A stretch of 64,000 nt of DNA. Origin: Vulcanimicrobiota bacterium. GTDB taxonomy: Bacteria > Vulcanimicrobiota > Vulcanimicrobiia > Vulcanimicrobiales > Vulcanimicrobiaceae. The notes beneath the pieces were generated by a model that did not search any database, was not told the origin of the DNA, and was given only the letters and a program-made list of their open reading frames with translations. This document shows, piece by piece, positions 18,059 through 28,449 of the stretch. Every line of letters begins with the position of its first letter. Within the stretch, counting starts at the first letter, position 1. Location of the stretch: NCBI GenBank assembly GCA_963812155.1, contig CAWETW010000003.1, forward strand, positions 960,001 to 1,024,000. The letters run 5' to 3'. Made by a program: the position numbers and the translations under genes.

Positions 18059-19214
18059 GTACGATGCGATCGTACTGGGTTTGGGCGGCATCGGGAGCGG
18101 TGCGGCATACTGGCTCGCCAAGAGCGGAGCGCGGGTGCTCGGAATCGAGCAGTTCCAACTTGGCCACGCGCGCGGAGAGTCGCACGACCATTCGCGCATC
18201 ATTCGGCTATCGTACGTCACGCCGGCGTACGTGCGCCTCGCCAAAGAAGCGTATCGCGCGTGGGACGCGCTCGAGCGCGATGCCAACGAGCGCCTCGTTT
18301 TTCGCACGGGGGGGCTCGACGCGGGACCCGCCGGCGGCGCGATTCCGCTGGAAGGCTACGCCGATGCGATGGCCGCGTGCGGCGTTCCGTTCGAATGGCT
18401 GGATGCCGGGGAGATTCGACGGCGCTGGCCGGCGTTCGAAGTCGAGGACGGCGTGCGCGGCCTGTTTCAGGAAGATGGCGGCATCGTCGCGGCCGAGCGC
18501 GCAACTGCGGCGCATCAACGGATGGCGCGGACCTTCGGAGCGACGCTGCTCGAACGTGCGGAGGCGACGTTGCTCGGCGCGGACGGCGGCGAGATTCGTA
18601 TCGAAGCCGCCGGCCGGCGCTACACCGCGGGCCGCTTGGTCGTGGCCGCCGGACCGTGGACCGCGCGCATCTTGGAGTTCTTCGGCATTCGCATTCCGCT
18701 CGAAGTGACGAAGGAGCAGGCGATGTATTTCGCCGCGCGCGATCTCGAACGGTTTGCGTTCGGACGTTTTCCCGTGTGGATCTGGATGGACGATCCTTCG
18801 TTTTACGGTTTTCCGGTTTTCGGCGAAGCCGATGCCGTGAAAATCACGCAGGATGCCGGAGGCCGCGCCGTCGATCCGGATACGCGCGATTTCGACGAAG
18901 ACGCTGAAATCACGCGGCGCGTCACCGAGTTCTTGGCGTACCGGCTGCCGGCTGCGCTCGGGCCGCGCAAGGTGGTCAAGACGTGTCTCTACACGCTCAC
19001 ACCGGATCGAGACTTCGTCATCGACCGGTTGCCCGGGCACTCCAACGTGTGCGTCGCCGTCGGCGCCGGTCATGCGTTCAAGTTCGCATCCGTGATCGGG
19101 CGCATTCTCAGCGATCTCGCGCCCGGCGTTTCGGTTCCGCCGGCGATCGCGGACTTTTCGCTCGACCGCGAGATCCTGCACATGAAGACGCCGCCCAAAA
19201 CGTATATGGTGTGA
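18051..19214 (+). CDS. solA: N-methyl-L-tryptophan oxidase / monomeric sarcosine oxidase family
   Basis: YDAIVLGLGGIGS, GESHDHSRIIRLSY, KTCLYTLTPDRDFVID (flavin-binding Cys), GHAFKFAS.IG. Confidence 0.88.
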   Translation: MTEYDAIVLGLGGIGSGAAYWLAKSGARVLGIEQFQLGHARGESHDHSRIIRLSYVTPAYVRLAKEAYRAWDALERDANERLVFRTGGLDAGPAGGAIPLEGYADAMAACGVPFEWLDAGEIRRRWPAFEVEDGVRGLFQEDGGIVAAERATAAHQRMARTFGATLLERAEATLLGADGGEIRIEAAGRRYTAGRLVVAAGPWTARILEFFGIRIPLEVTKEQAMYFAARDLERFAFGRFPVWIWMDDPSFYGFPVFGEADAVKITQDAGGRAVDPDTRDFDEDAEITRRVTEFLAYRLPAALGPRKVVKTCLYTLTPDRDFVIDRLPGHSNVCVAVGAGHAFKFASVIGRILSDLAPGVSVPPAIADFSLDREILHMKTPPKTYMV

Positions 19215-19251
19215 ATGGAGCGACGCGGTCGCCGCAGAAGGGAACGAGAAC

Positions 19252-19773
19252 TTGAGAGGTACCCGCACCCTCGCTCTGGTCGTACTGCTGGCAATCGTCG
19301 CCGCCGGCGCGTGGTTGTATCTCTCGCACAAGCCGCCGGAACTCGGCGGCTCGCTGACCGTTTACTACACGAAACTCGACGGAACGACGCTCGGAACCCA
19401 GAGCGTCTCTTTACGTCCGCGCGAGCCGGGCGAGAGTGCGGCCGAGCATTTGCGAAATGCCGTGCTCTATGCGGCCGTGCAGGCGGTCGCCGGACCTCCG
19501 AGCGACGTGCAAGCGATTCGCTTTCCTCCGGGAACGCGCGTGCAAGATGCAAGCGTTTCCGGTTCGACGGCGACGATCGACTTGTCGAAGGACGTCGAAC
19601 GGCAACCCGGCGGGACGTTCGGCGAAAACGGAATGTTCAAAGCGCTCGTGTACACCGTCACCGCCGTCCCCGCAATCGCCGCGGTGAAGATTACGATCGG
19701 CGGCGCCGCGCTGCCGACGCTCCCGGGAGGACATCTTGAGCTGGACGAGCCGCTCCACCGCTCCGATTTTTAG
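19252..19773 (+). CDS. GerMN-domain membrane-anchored protein
   Basis: N-terminal TM; AGPP...FPPGTRV...ATIDLS...LVYTVT...VKITIGG. Confidence 0.82.
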   Translation: MRGTRTLALVVLLAIVAAGAWLYLSHKPPELGGSLTVYYTKLDGTTLGTQSVSLRPREPGESAAEHLRNAVLYAAVQAVAGPPSDVQAIRFPPGTRVQDASVSGSTATIDLSKDVERQPGGTFGENGMFKALVYTVTAVPAIAAVKITIGGAALPTLPGGHLELDEPLHRSDF

Positions 19774-21664
19774 GGCGCTCCTGTGTTCGGGGCTGGTCGC
19801 GGCGTTCGCGCTGCCCGCCGCCGCCGACGCTCCGATCAAGGCCCTCTATCTGCAGCAGCCGATCGTCTTCACGCACGTGTCGGGTACGGGCGCGACGACC
19901 GCCGTCGGCGTCAACGACCCGGGTTTGCGCGCGCTGCTGCACGCGACCGGCGCCGCGATCACGTGGCGTCCCGGAGAACGTTACGTCCTGATGACGACGG
20001 CCGCTCCGGCGGTCGTGAGTTTCGCGGTGGGCGATCGCCGCTACGACGTTGGACCGGTCGTGCTGCAGGCCTCGATTGCGCCGTTCGTTTCGGGCAACGA
20101 AGCCTATCTTCCGTTCAACGAACTGCTGCGTTCGCTCGATTTGGCGATTCGTCCGGACGGCGCAACGTGGATCTTGCAGCCGCAGCTCGCATCGCTCGAC
20201 GTCCGTTCGTGGGGCAACCGCGCCGATATCGTCGTGCGCGGCGGCATCCCGTTGCGGCCGCGCATCGTGCAAGATGCGCCCGGCGCGGTCATTTACGAGT
20301 TCGACGGCCTCGGGACCGCGTTGACCGGTACGCGCAACGTCAATGCCGGCGGCATTCGATCGATTGCGGTTTCACAAAGCGGGCCCGCGCGCGATCCGAA
20401 GACCGTCGTCAACGTCCAGCTGCTACCGGGCGCGTCGCACGACGTGCCGCGCAGCGACGACGGCCGAGACCTCGTCGTTTCGTTCGGGCCGGCCGGATGG
20501 ACGTCGCAAGTGCCGTTCGGACAAACGCCGCCGCCGGGGGCCGCGGCGAACGGCGAACAACCCCAAACGCCTAGCGTAAACGCGTCCGGCGCGCCGGCTT
20601 CCGGCGCCGCGGCCGTGACGAGCGTGACGGTTGCGCCGTCGTCCGACGGCTACGCGGTGACGATCGCGGTCAGTGGGAACGCCGCATTCGAGTGGCACCG
20701 ACTGCGCGATCCCGACAACCGCTTCTGGGTGGACGTCAAGAACGCGCAACTGCAAACGGCCCCGATCGATCAAACCGAGCCGGATCCGCTGGGCGCGTTG
20801 CGCGTGCGGCAAATCGATCCAACGACCGTGCGCATTGCGCTGTCGCTGACGGGTCCCAAAGCGCTGGCGGTATCGCCCGCGACGACCGGATTGAGTGTCG
20901 ATATCGGCTCGAACGACGTCGCCGATGCGCCGCGCGCCGGCAGCGGCAGCGTCGGCACGACGGTCGCATCGAGCGAACAAACGGCGCCGGTGACGCCGGC
21001 CCCGGGCAGCGAATCGGCATCGTCGTGGAACGACGCCGGAAACGGGTGGAAGTTCGGGTCGCGCTCGTCGTACGTGGCGGCGAATCCGCGGCTCATCGTC
21101 ATCGATCCGGGACACGGCGGGAGCGACCGCGGCTCGTCGCGCCACGGCGTCGACGAAGCCGGCCTCGCGCTCGACATGTCGAAGCGGCTGCGCGACATCC
21201 TCGTCGCCCGGGGATGGCAAGTGCGCATGACGCACGACACCGACGTTGACGTCTATCAGCCCAACGACAGCGCGCACGACGAGCTGCAGGCTCGCGTCGA
21301 CGTCGCCAATCACGCGGGAGCGCGGATGTTCGTCAGCATTCACGCCAACGCATACATCAACTCGGGGCCGTACGGAACGACCTACTATATTTCCAAGCCG
21401 GGCGATCTCGCGCTGGCCCAGGCGATCGAGCGCGACCTGTCGTCGGACGGCACGAAGGACGACGGAATCGTCCGCGCCCACCTCTACGTCACGCTCCACT
21501 CGCTGATGCCGGCCGTGCTGATCGAAACCGCCTTTATCTCAAATCCGAACGATTTCGCGCTCCTCAATTCGTCCGCGTGGCGCCAGCGAGTCGCGCAGTC
21601 GATCGCCGACGGCATCGACCGGTACGCGGCGCAATACCCCGCATCGAATCAGCCTGCACAGTAG
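19736..21664 (+). CDS. N-acetylmuramoyl-L-alanine amidase (Amidase_3) with AMIN-like domains
   Basis: IVIDPGHGGSD, L.ARV..AN, FVSIHAN, PAVLIETAFISN; LRDPDNRFWVD AMIN-like motif. Start uncertain. Confidence 0.9.
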   Translation: MSWTSRSTAPIFRALLCSGLVAAFALPAAADAPIKALYLQQPIVFTHVSGTGATTAVGVNDPGLRALLHATGAAITWRPGERYVLMTTAAPAVVSFAVGDRRYDVGPVVLQASIAPFVSGNEAYLPFNELLRSLDLAIRPDGATWILQPQLASLDVRSWGNRADIVVRGGIPLRPRIVQDAPGAVIYEFDGLGTALTGTRNVNAGGIRSIAVSQSGPARDPKTVVNVQLLPGASHDVPRSDDGRDLVVSFGPAGWTSQVPFGQTPPPGAAANGEQPQTPSVNASGAPASGAAAVTSVTVAPSSDGYAVTIAVSGNAAFEWHRLRDPDNRFWVDVKNAQLQTAPIDQTEPDPLGALRVRQIDPTTVRIALSLTGPKALAVSPATTGLSVDIGSNDVADAPRAGSGSVGTTVASSEQTAPVTPAPGSESASSWNDAGNGWKFGSRSSYVAANPRLIVIDPGHGGSDRGSSRHGVDEAGLALDMSKRLRDILVARGWQVRMTHDTDVDVYQPNDSAHDELQARVDVANHAGARMFVSIHANAYINSGPYGTTYYISKPGDLALAQAIERDLSSDGTKDDGIVRAHLYVTLHSLMPAVLIETAFISNPNDFALLNSSAWRQRVAQSIADGIDRYAAQYPASNQPAQ

Positions 21665-21665
21665 C

Positions 21666-22457
21666 GTGATCGGGCTATTCGATTCTGGATTGGGCGGCCT
21701 GACCGTGATTCGGCGTCTTCGGGAGCGGATGCCGGAGGCCGACATCGTGTTCTTTGCCGATCAAGCGAACGTGCCGTACGGCGATCGAGAGCCGGAGGAA
21801 TTGCACGGACTGCTCGCGGCGAATCTGGCGCGGCTCGACGATTACGGCGCCGATGCAATCGTCATGGCGTGCAACACGTCGTGCGCGATTGCGGAGCGTT
21901 ACGGCTGGCCGTCGACGCGCGCGCCGGTGCTCGATTTGATCGATTCGGCTGCGACGGCGGCGCAACGGGCCGGATACCGGCGTCTGGGCGTCGTTGCGAC
22001 GGCTGCGACGGTGAGCGCCGGTTCGTACGGGCGAACGCTGCGTTCTGCAATTCCGGGTGCGGAAGTGTGGGAGGTCGCCGCCCCGGCGCTGGTGCCGCTG
22101 GTCGAGTCGGGCGACGTACGCAGCGCGCGAGCGCGCACGGCGGTCGAAAGGGTCTGCCGCGAACTGCCCGGCGACCTCGACGCAGTCATCTACGGCTGCA
22201 CGCACTACCCGGTGCTGGGCACGCATTTTGCCGCCGCGCTCGGCGATCGCGTCGCACTCGTCGATCCGGCGGTCATGCAGGCCGAGCGCGCGGCCGCATT
22301 GCTCGACGCTCGGGAAGTGCCGCTCGAAGGCGGCGCCATGCGCTACGTGACGTCGGGCGATCCGGTTGCGTTTGCGGCGGCGGTGGCCCTGATTACCGGT
22401 GAGGCCGCCCCGCCGGTCGAGCCGCTCGCCGGGACGGCGGCGCCCGTTCGCTCATAG
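21666..22457 (+). CDS. murI: Glutamate racemase
   Basis: IGLFDSGLGGLTV, PYG, VMACNTS, GCTHYP. Confidence 0.96.
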   Translation: MIGLFDSGLGGLTVIRRLRERMPEADIVFFADQANVPYGDREPEELHGLLAANLARLDDYGADAIVMACNTSCAIAERYGWPSTRAPVLDLIDSAATAAQRAGYRRLGVVATAATVSAGSYGRTLRSAIPGAEVWEVAAPALVPLVESGDVRSARARTAVERVCRELPGDLDAVIYGCTHYPVLGTHFAAALGDRVALVDPAVMQAERAAALLDAREVPLEGGAMRYVTSGDPVAFAAAVALITGEAAPPVEPLAGTAAPVRS

Positions 22458-23087
22458 ACGCGCTACGTGGAAGAGCGAGAAGAAGAGCATCGTCGTAACC
22501 GTCGCCAAAGCGGCGCCCGCCACGACTTGCGCGACCGTGTGGGCTTTCAAGTAAACGCGCGCCCAGCAGACCATCGGAATCAGGACGAGAAACGGAAGCG
22601 GACCGCGGCCGTAGAGCAGCGTCAGCGCCACCAGCGGCGCCGTGATCCCCAGCGCGTGGGTGCTGATCTTCCAGTAGCGCGTGATGTAGCCGACGATCAG
22701 CGTCGACGCGACGTAACCGAGCATTGCGGCGATCATCAACCGCGGCGCGCCGATCAGCCACAACGCTGCGGCGCCGAAAAGATAAAAGACCACGAAGGTA
22801 CTGAAAACGACCTCGCGCTCGCTGCGCACCGACATGTCCAAGTCCGAGATGCGGTCCGTAGAGTAGAGCCAGAACACGTACAGCATCGGGCCGAGCGATG
22901 TGAAGAACGTCGAGAGGAAAAGCAAGCGCCAGAAGTCGAGGGTGCTTTTTGCGGTGATCTCGGCGAGGATCACGAAGAGCGCGAGCGCCGTGAGAAACGG
23001 ATTGAAAATCGTCGAGAGAATGCGTGCCAAGTCGCGCCAGACTTGACGATTCTTGATCGGGACGACGGACCGACCGGGCTCGACCAC
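22452..23087 (-). CDS. PAP2-like integral membrane protein
   Basis: WKISTH...WARVYLKAHTVAQVVAG; about 6 TM segments. Confidence 0.75.
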   Translation of the reverse strand: MVEPGRSVVPIKNRQVWRDLARILSTIFNPFLTALALFVILAEITAKSTLDFWRLLFLSTFFTSLGPMLYVFWLYSTDRISDLDMSVRSEREVVFSTFVVFYLFGAAALWLIGAPRLMIAAMLGYVASTLIVGYITRYWKISTHALGITAPLVALTLLYGRGPLPFLVLIPMVCWARVYLKAHTVAQVVAGAALATVTTMLFFSLFHVARL

Positions 23088-23182
23088 AGCGGCTACTCAC
23101 GTCGCAGGCGCGCCGACTCCTGCGGGCAGGCCGCGCCGGGTTGCCGGTCGTAGTGATAGCCGGCCCCTATAGATAGGAGAGA

Positions 23183-23608
23183 TTGATTCATTTGAGCTTG
23201 CTTCTGCTTGCCGCGACCCCCGGCTACTCGCTGCCCGCGCCCATTTCCACGTCGGTTATTTCCAACGGCGTCAAGGCGACGGCTCACGCCGCGCCTGCGA
23301 AAGCGGTGCCTTTCGTGCCGCCGGTTTCGACGCCGTCTTTGCCCGCGCCGGAGACGTGGGTTGCGCAGCACCTGCCGTGGCTGACCCATGGCCTCGCCGG
23401 AATTTTCGTCATCGCCGCACTCGCGCTGATTTTCTTGCTCGCGATTCAAACGACCAAACAAGAAGGCCTCACCGGCTCGATCGGCGGCCGCGTCGAGTCG
23501 GCGTATCGCGGCCGCCTCGGCGCCGAAGAACAGCTCAAACGCATGACCGGCGGTGTGGCCGTCGTTTTCGTCGTCGCCGCATTCGTGCTGTCGCTGACCG
23601 GAATCTAA
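23183..23608 (+). CDS. secG: Preprotein translocase subunit SecG with N-terminal extension
   Basis: LIFLLAIQTTKQEGLTGSIGG...LKRMT..VAVVFVV core. Confidence 0.8.
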   Translation: MIHLSLLLLAATPGYSLPAPISTSVISNGVKATAHAAPAKAVPFVPPVSTPSLPAPETWVAQHLPWLTHGLAGIFVIAALALIFLLAIQTTKQEGLTGSIGGRVESAYRGRLGAEEQLKRMTGGVAVVFVVAAFVLSLTGI

Positions 23609-23626
23609 AGGGACGCGAAGGCTTCC

Positions 23627-24650
<1,024 letters not shown>

Positions 24651-24654
24651 CCTT

Positions 24655-25688
24655 GTGAGCGGGCTGCTCGTCGACGTCAACGACCTCTACAAGTACTTTC
24701 CGATTCACGCCGGCCTGATGTCCGCGCCACGTCGGCGACGTCAAGGCCGTCGACGGCGTCAGCTTCTCGATCTCCGCAAGGCGAGACGCTCGGTCTCGTC
24801 GGCGAGTCGGGCTCCGGCAAAACGACGATCGGCCGGCTGTTGCTGCGTCTCTTGCCCGTCACCGAGCGGCGAGATCATTTCGACGGCCAGTCCGTCGTCG
24901 CGCTCAAGCAGGCACGACCTGCGCCAGCTGCGGCGGAAGATGCAGATCATCTTCCAGGATCCGTTCGCATCGCTGAATCCGCGGATGACCGTCGGCGACA
25001 TCATCGGCGAACCGCTGCGCATCCACGGGTTCGCGCAGCGGCAAGGCGGTCGACGAGCGCGTCCAGGATCTGCTCAAGCGCGTCGGCCTGCAGCCCTACC
25101 ACGCCAACCGGTATCCGCACGAGTTCTCGGGCGGGCAGCGCCAGCGCGTCGGAATCGCGCGCGCGCTCGCCGTCGATCCGAAGTTCATCGTCTGCGACGA
25201 GCCGGTCTCGGCGCTCGACGTCTCGATTCAGGCGCAGGTCATCAACCTGCTCGAAGACCTGCAGCAGCAGCTCGGCCTGACCTACCTCTTCATCGCGCAC
25301 GACCTCTCGGTCGTGCGGCACATCTCGACCCGCGTCGCCGTCATGTACGTCGGCAAGATCGTCGAGATCGGCCGACCGCGACGCGCTGTACATGCGAACC
25401 CGCTGCACCCCTACACGCAGGCGCTGCTCTCGGCGATTCCGATCCCCGATCCCGCGCTGGAGAAGCGCGCGCAAACGCATCGTGCTCACCGGCGACATTC
25501 CGTCGCCGGTCAATCCGCCGTCGGGCTGCCGCTTTCACACGCGCTGCCCGATCGCGTTCGAGCGCTGCACGATGGAAGAGCCGCCGTTCAAGGACTACGC
25601 GAGCGGTCATTTCGCCGCGTGCCACTGGGTCGAAGAACACGGCGGCCAGGCGCCGAATCTGGCCGGCGGACCGATCGTCGTCGCGTAA
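24655..25688 (+). CDS. oppF: Oligopeptide ABC ATP-binding protein (OppF/DppF type); frameshifted as sequenced
   Basis: [58 protein letters not shown] across frames. Confidence 0.85.
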
Positions 25689-25700
25689 ACCGCAGCAATC

Positions 25701-25738
25701 AAAATAAACGAAGAGCGGCTGCCTTTCGGCAACCGCTC
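25701..25738 (-). terminator. Intrinsic terminator of the histone-like gene, possibly bidirectional
   Basis: Minus strand GAGCGGTTGCC-GAAA-GGCAGCCGCTC followed by TTCGTTTATTTT. Confidence 0.75.
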
Positions 25739-25759
25739 GTTCTGCGTTGAATCCGGGCG

Positions 25760-26140
25760 TTAGCCCTTTTTCTTGCGTCCGCGTCTCTTGCGACGCACGA
25801 CTTTGCGGACGGCTTTCTTGCGGACGGCTTTGCGGGCGACCTTTCTGCGGACGACCTTGCGAACCGCCTTCTTGCGGGCTTTTCTGCGGACGACTTTCCG
25901 CGCGACTTTCCTTCGGGCGACTTTTCTGCGTACGGCCTTGCGGGCGACTTTCCGGCGCACGACTTTGCGGGCGACTTTCCTGCGTACGACTTTGCGGGCG
26001 ACTTTCTTACGAACGATCTTGCGAGCCACTTTCTTGCGCACGGCCTTCCTGACGATGGCCTTGCGCACGGCGCGTCTACGGACGGCTTTGCGGAGACCTT
26101 CCCCGCCCATTCCGCCGTTGTCCATCATATCCGAGTCCAT
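25760..26140 (-). CDS. Arg/Lys-rich histone H1/Hc2/protamine-like repetitive protein
   Basis: 126 aa, 64 K+R by my count, RKVARKVVR-type repeats; strong SD GAGGAGGA; own terminator. Confidence 0.85.
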   Translation of the reverse strand: MDSDMMDNGGMGGEGLRKAVRRRAVRKAIVRKAVRKKVARKIVRKKVARKVVRRKVARKVVRRKVARKAVRRKVARRKVARKVVRRKARKKAVRKVVRRKVARKAVRKKAVRKVVRRKRRGRKKKG

Positions 26141-26285
26141 TCATTCCTCCTCGTCCCCCGGGGGACGACAAGCCGTAAGTCGGATAGCGCTCGTTGGCGC
26201 TTTGAGCGCATCATAGTGGATTTCGTCGAATCGTGCAAATTCGCGCGCGCTGCCCACGCGCGTCACGCGCGCGAGCGCGAGACGT

Positions 26286-26315
26286 TTGCCGGGGCTTGAC
26301 CAGCGAGAGTATACT
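26286..26315 (+). promoter_or_regulatory. topA promoter, leaderless
   Basis: TTGCCG (26286-26291), 18 nt, TATACT (26310-26315), 7 nt, GTG 26323. Confidence 0.55.
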
Positions 26316-26322
26316 AGGGCCC

Positions 26323-28449
26323 GTGAAAAAGGCCCTGATCATCGTCGAGTCGCCGACCAAGGCGCGAACGATCAAGAAGTTTCTGCCGCCGCGCTACGCA
26401 GTGTCCGCGTCGGTCGGGCACGTGCGCGATCTGCCCAAGAGCACTCTCGGCGTCGACGTCGAGCACGATTTCACGCCGAAATACCTTACGATCAAAGGTA
26501 AGGGCGACGTCATCAAAGAGCTCAAGAGCGCGGTCAAAGGGGCGAGCGACGTCTATCTGGCGACCGACCCGGATCGCGAAGGCGAAGCGATTGCGTGGCA
26601 TCTCGCGGAGTTGCTGAAGCTCCCGAAACCGAAGCGCATCGAGCTCCACGAGATCACCAAAGACGCGGCGCTCGCAGCGCTGCGCGACCCGCATCCGATC
26701 GACATGGATCGCGTGAACGCGCAGCAGGCGCGCCGGATTCTCGACCGGCTGGTCGGTTACAAGATCTCGCCGCTGCTCTGGGCGAAAGTCCGCGGCGGCC
26801 TCTCGGCCGGACGCGTGCAGTCGGTGGCGGTCAAACTGATCGTCGATCGCGAACGCGAGATCAGCGCGTTCGTCCCGCGCGAATACTGGATCGATCACCG
26901 CGTCGCTCGCGACCGCGCGCGCCCCCGGCAGCCCTTTCCGGCCGAACTCGTCGCCGATCGCGGCGAGAAGGCCGAGGTCGCCTCGCAAGCGCGGGCCAGC
27001 GAGATTCTACGCGAACTCGACGGCGTGGCCTTCGCGTGTCGTCGGTGCGCAAGCGCGAGGTGCGGCGCAACGCGCCGGCCCCGTTCACGACCTCGACGCT
27101 CCAGCAAGAGGCGTCGCGCAAGCTGCAAGTTGCGCGTCCGCAAGACGATGCAGCTCGCGCAGGCGCTGTACGAAGGCGTCGATCTCGGCGGCGCCGAGGG
27201 CACGCTCGGTCTCATCACCTACATGCGCACCGACTCGACGCGCATCAGCGATCCGGCCCGGGAAACGGCGCGCGAGTACGTCGAGCGACCTACGGCGAAG
27301 ACTTCCACGGCGGCCGCGTCTACAAGGTCCGCGAGGGCGCGCAAGACGCGCACGAAGCGATCCGCCCGACCTCCGTGTTCAACACGCCGCAACGCGTCGC
27401 CGGCGACCTCAAACGCGACGAGCTGCGGCTGTACACCATGATCTGGGAACGCTTCGTGGCATCGCAGATGTCGGCCGCGGTCTTCGACCAAACGACGGTC
27501 GACGTCTCCGCCGGCAACTACACGTTCCGCGCGACCGGCTCGGCGATGCACTTCGCCGGCTTCACGCGCGTCTATGAGGAAAGCCGCGACGACGAAAAGG
27601 AGAGCGGCAAACGCATCGTGCTGCCGGAACTGCACGACGCCGACCCGCTCGACTGCCGCAAGATCGATCCGAAGCAGCACTTCACCGAGCCGCCGCCGCG
27701 CTACACCGAAGCGTCGCTGGTGAAAGCGCTCGAGGAGAACGGCATCGGCCGGCCGTCGACCTACTCGACGATCGTCGAGACGATTCAAGCGCGCGGCTAC
27801 GTGACGCAGCAAGAGCGCCGCTTCATGCCGACCGAGATCGGGATTGCGGTCAACGATCTGCTGGTGGAGCACTTCCCGAAGATCGTCGAGTCTGGATTTC
27901 ACCGCGAGCATGGAAGGCGATCTCGACAAGGTGGCCGGGGCAACGGGGACTGGGTCGCAGTGCTGCGCGGTTTCTACGGACCGTTTGCCGGCGAACTCGA
28001 GGCCGCGAAGAAGAAGCTGCCGCAGCTGGAACTGCGCGACGAGCCGACCGACGAGATCTGTCCGAACTGCGGGCGACCGATGGTCATCAAAACGGGCCGC
28101 TTCGGAAAGTTCATTTCGTGCACCGGCTATCCGGAGTGCAAGACGACCAAACCGATCGTCAAAGACACCGGCGCGAAGTGTCCCAAGGACGGCGGCATGA
28201 TCGTCGAGCGCACGCTCGCGCAAGGGACGCACGTTCTTCGGCTGCGCCAACTATCCGAAGTGCGACTTCGTCTCGTGGGATCGCGTCGTCCCCGAACCGT
28301 GCCCGGTCTGCGGCGTCTACGTCGTTGCGAAGACGCGCCGCGGCGGCGACCGTGCACTTCGAGTGCGCCGCCGATCAAGACGCACGACGTTGTCGGCACT
28401 CGCGGCGTGGCGCGGACCGGCCGAATCTGCGACCTTGAGCGCAGTCTGA
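26323..28449 (+). CDS. topA: DNA topoisomerase I; several indels as sequenced, end approximate
   Basis: [58 protein letters not shown]-terminal Zn ribbons. Confidence 0.95.

Noticed and set aside
25773..26216. Plus-strand (LRATFLRTT)n ORF
   Set aside because: Antisense mirror of the basic repeat gene; the SD and terminator support the minus strand.
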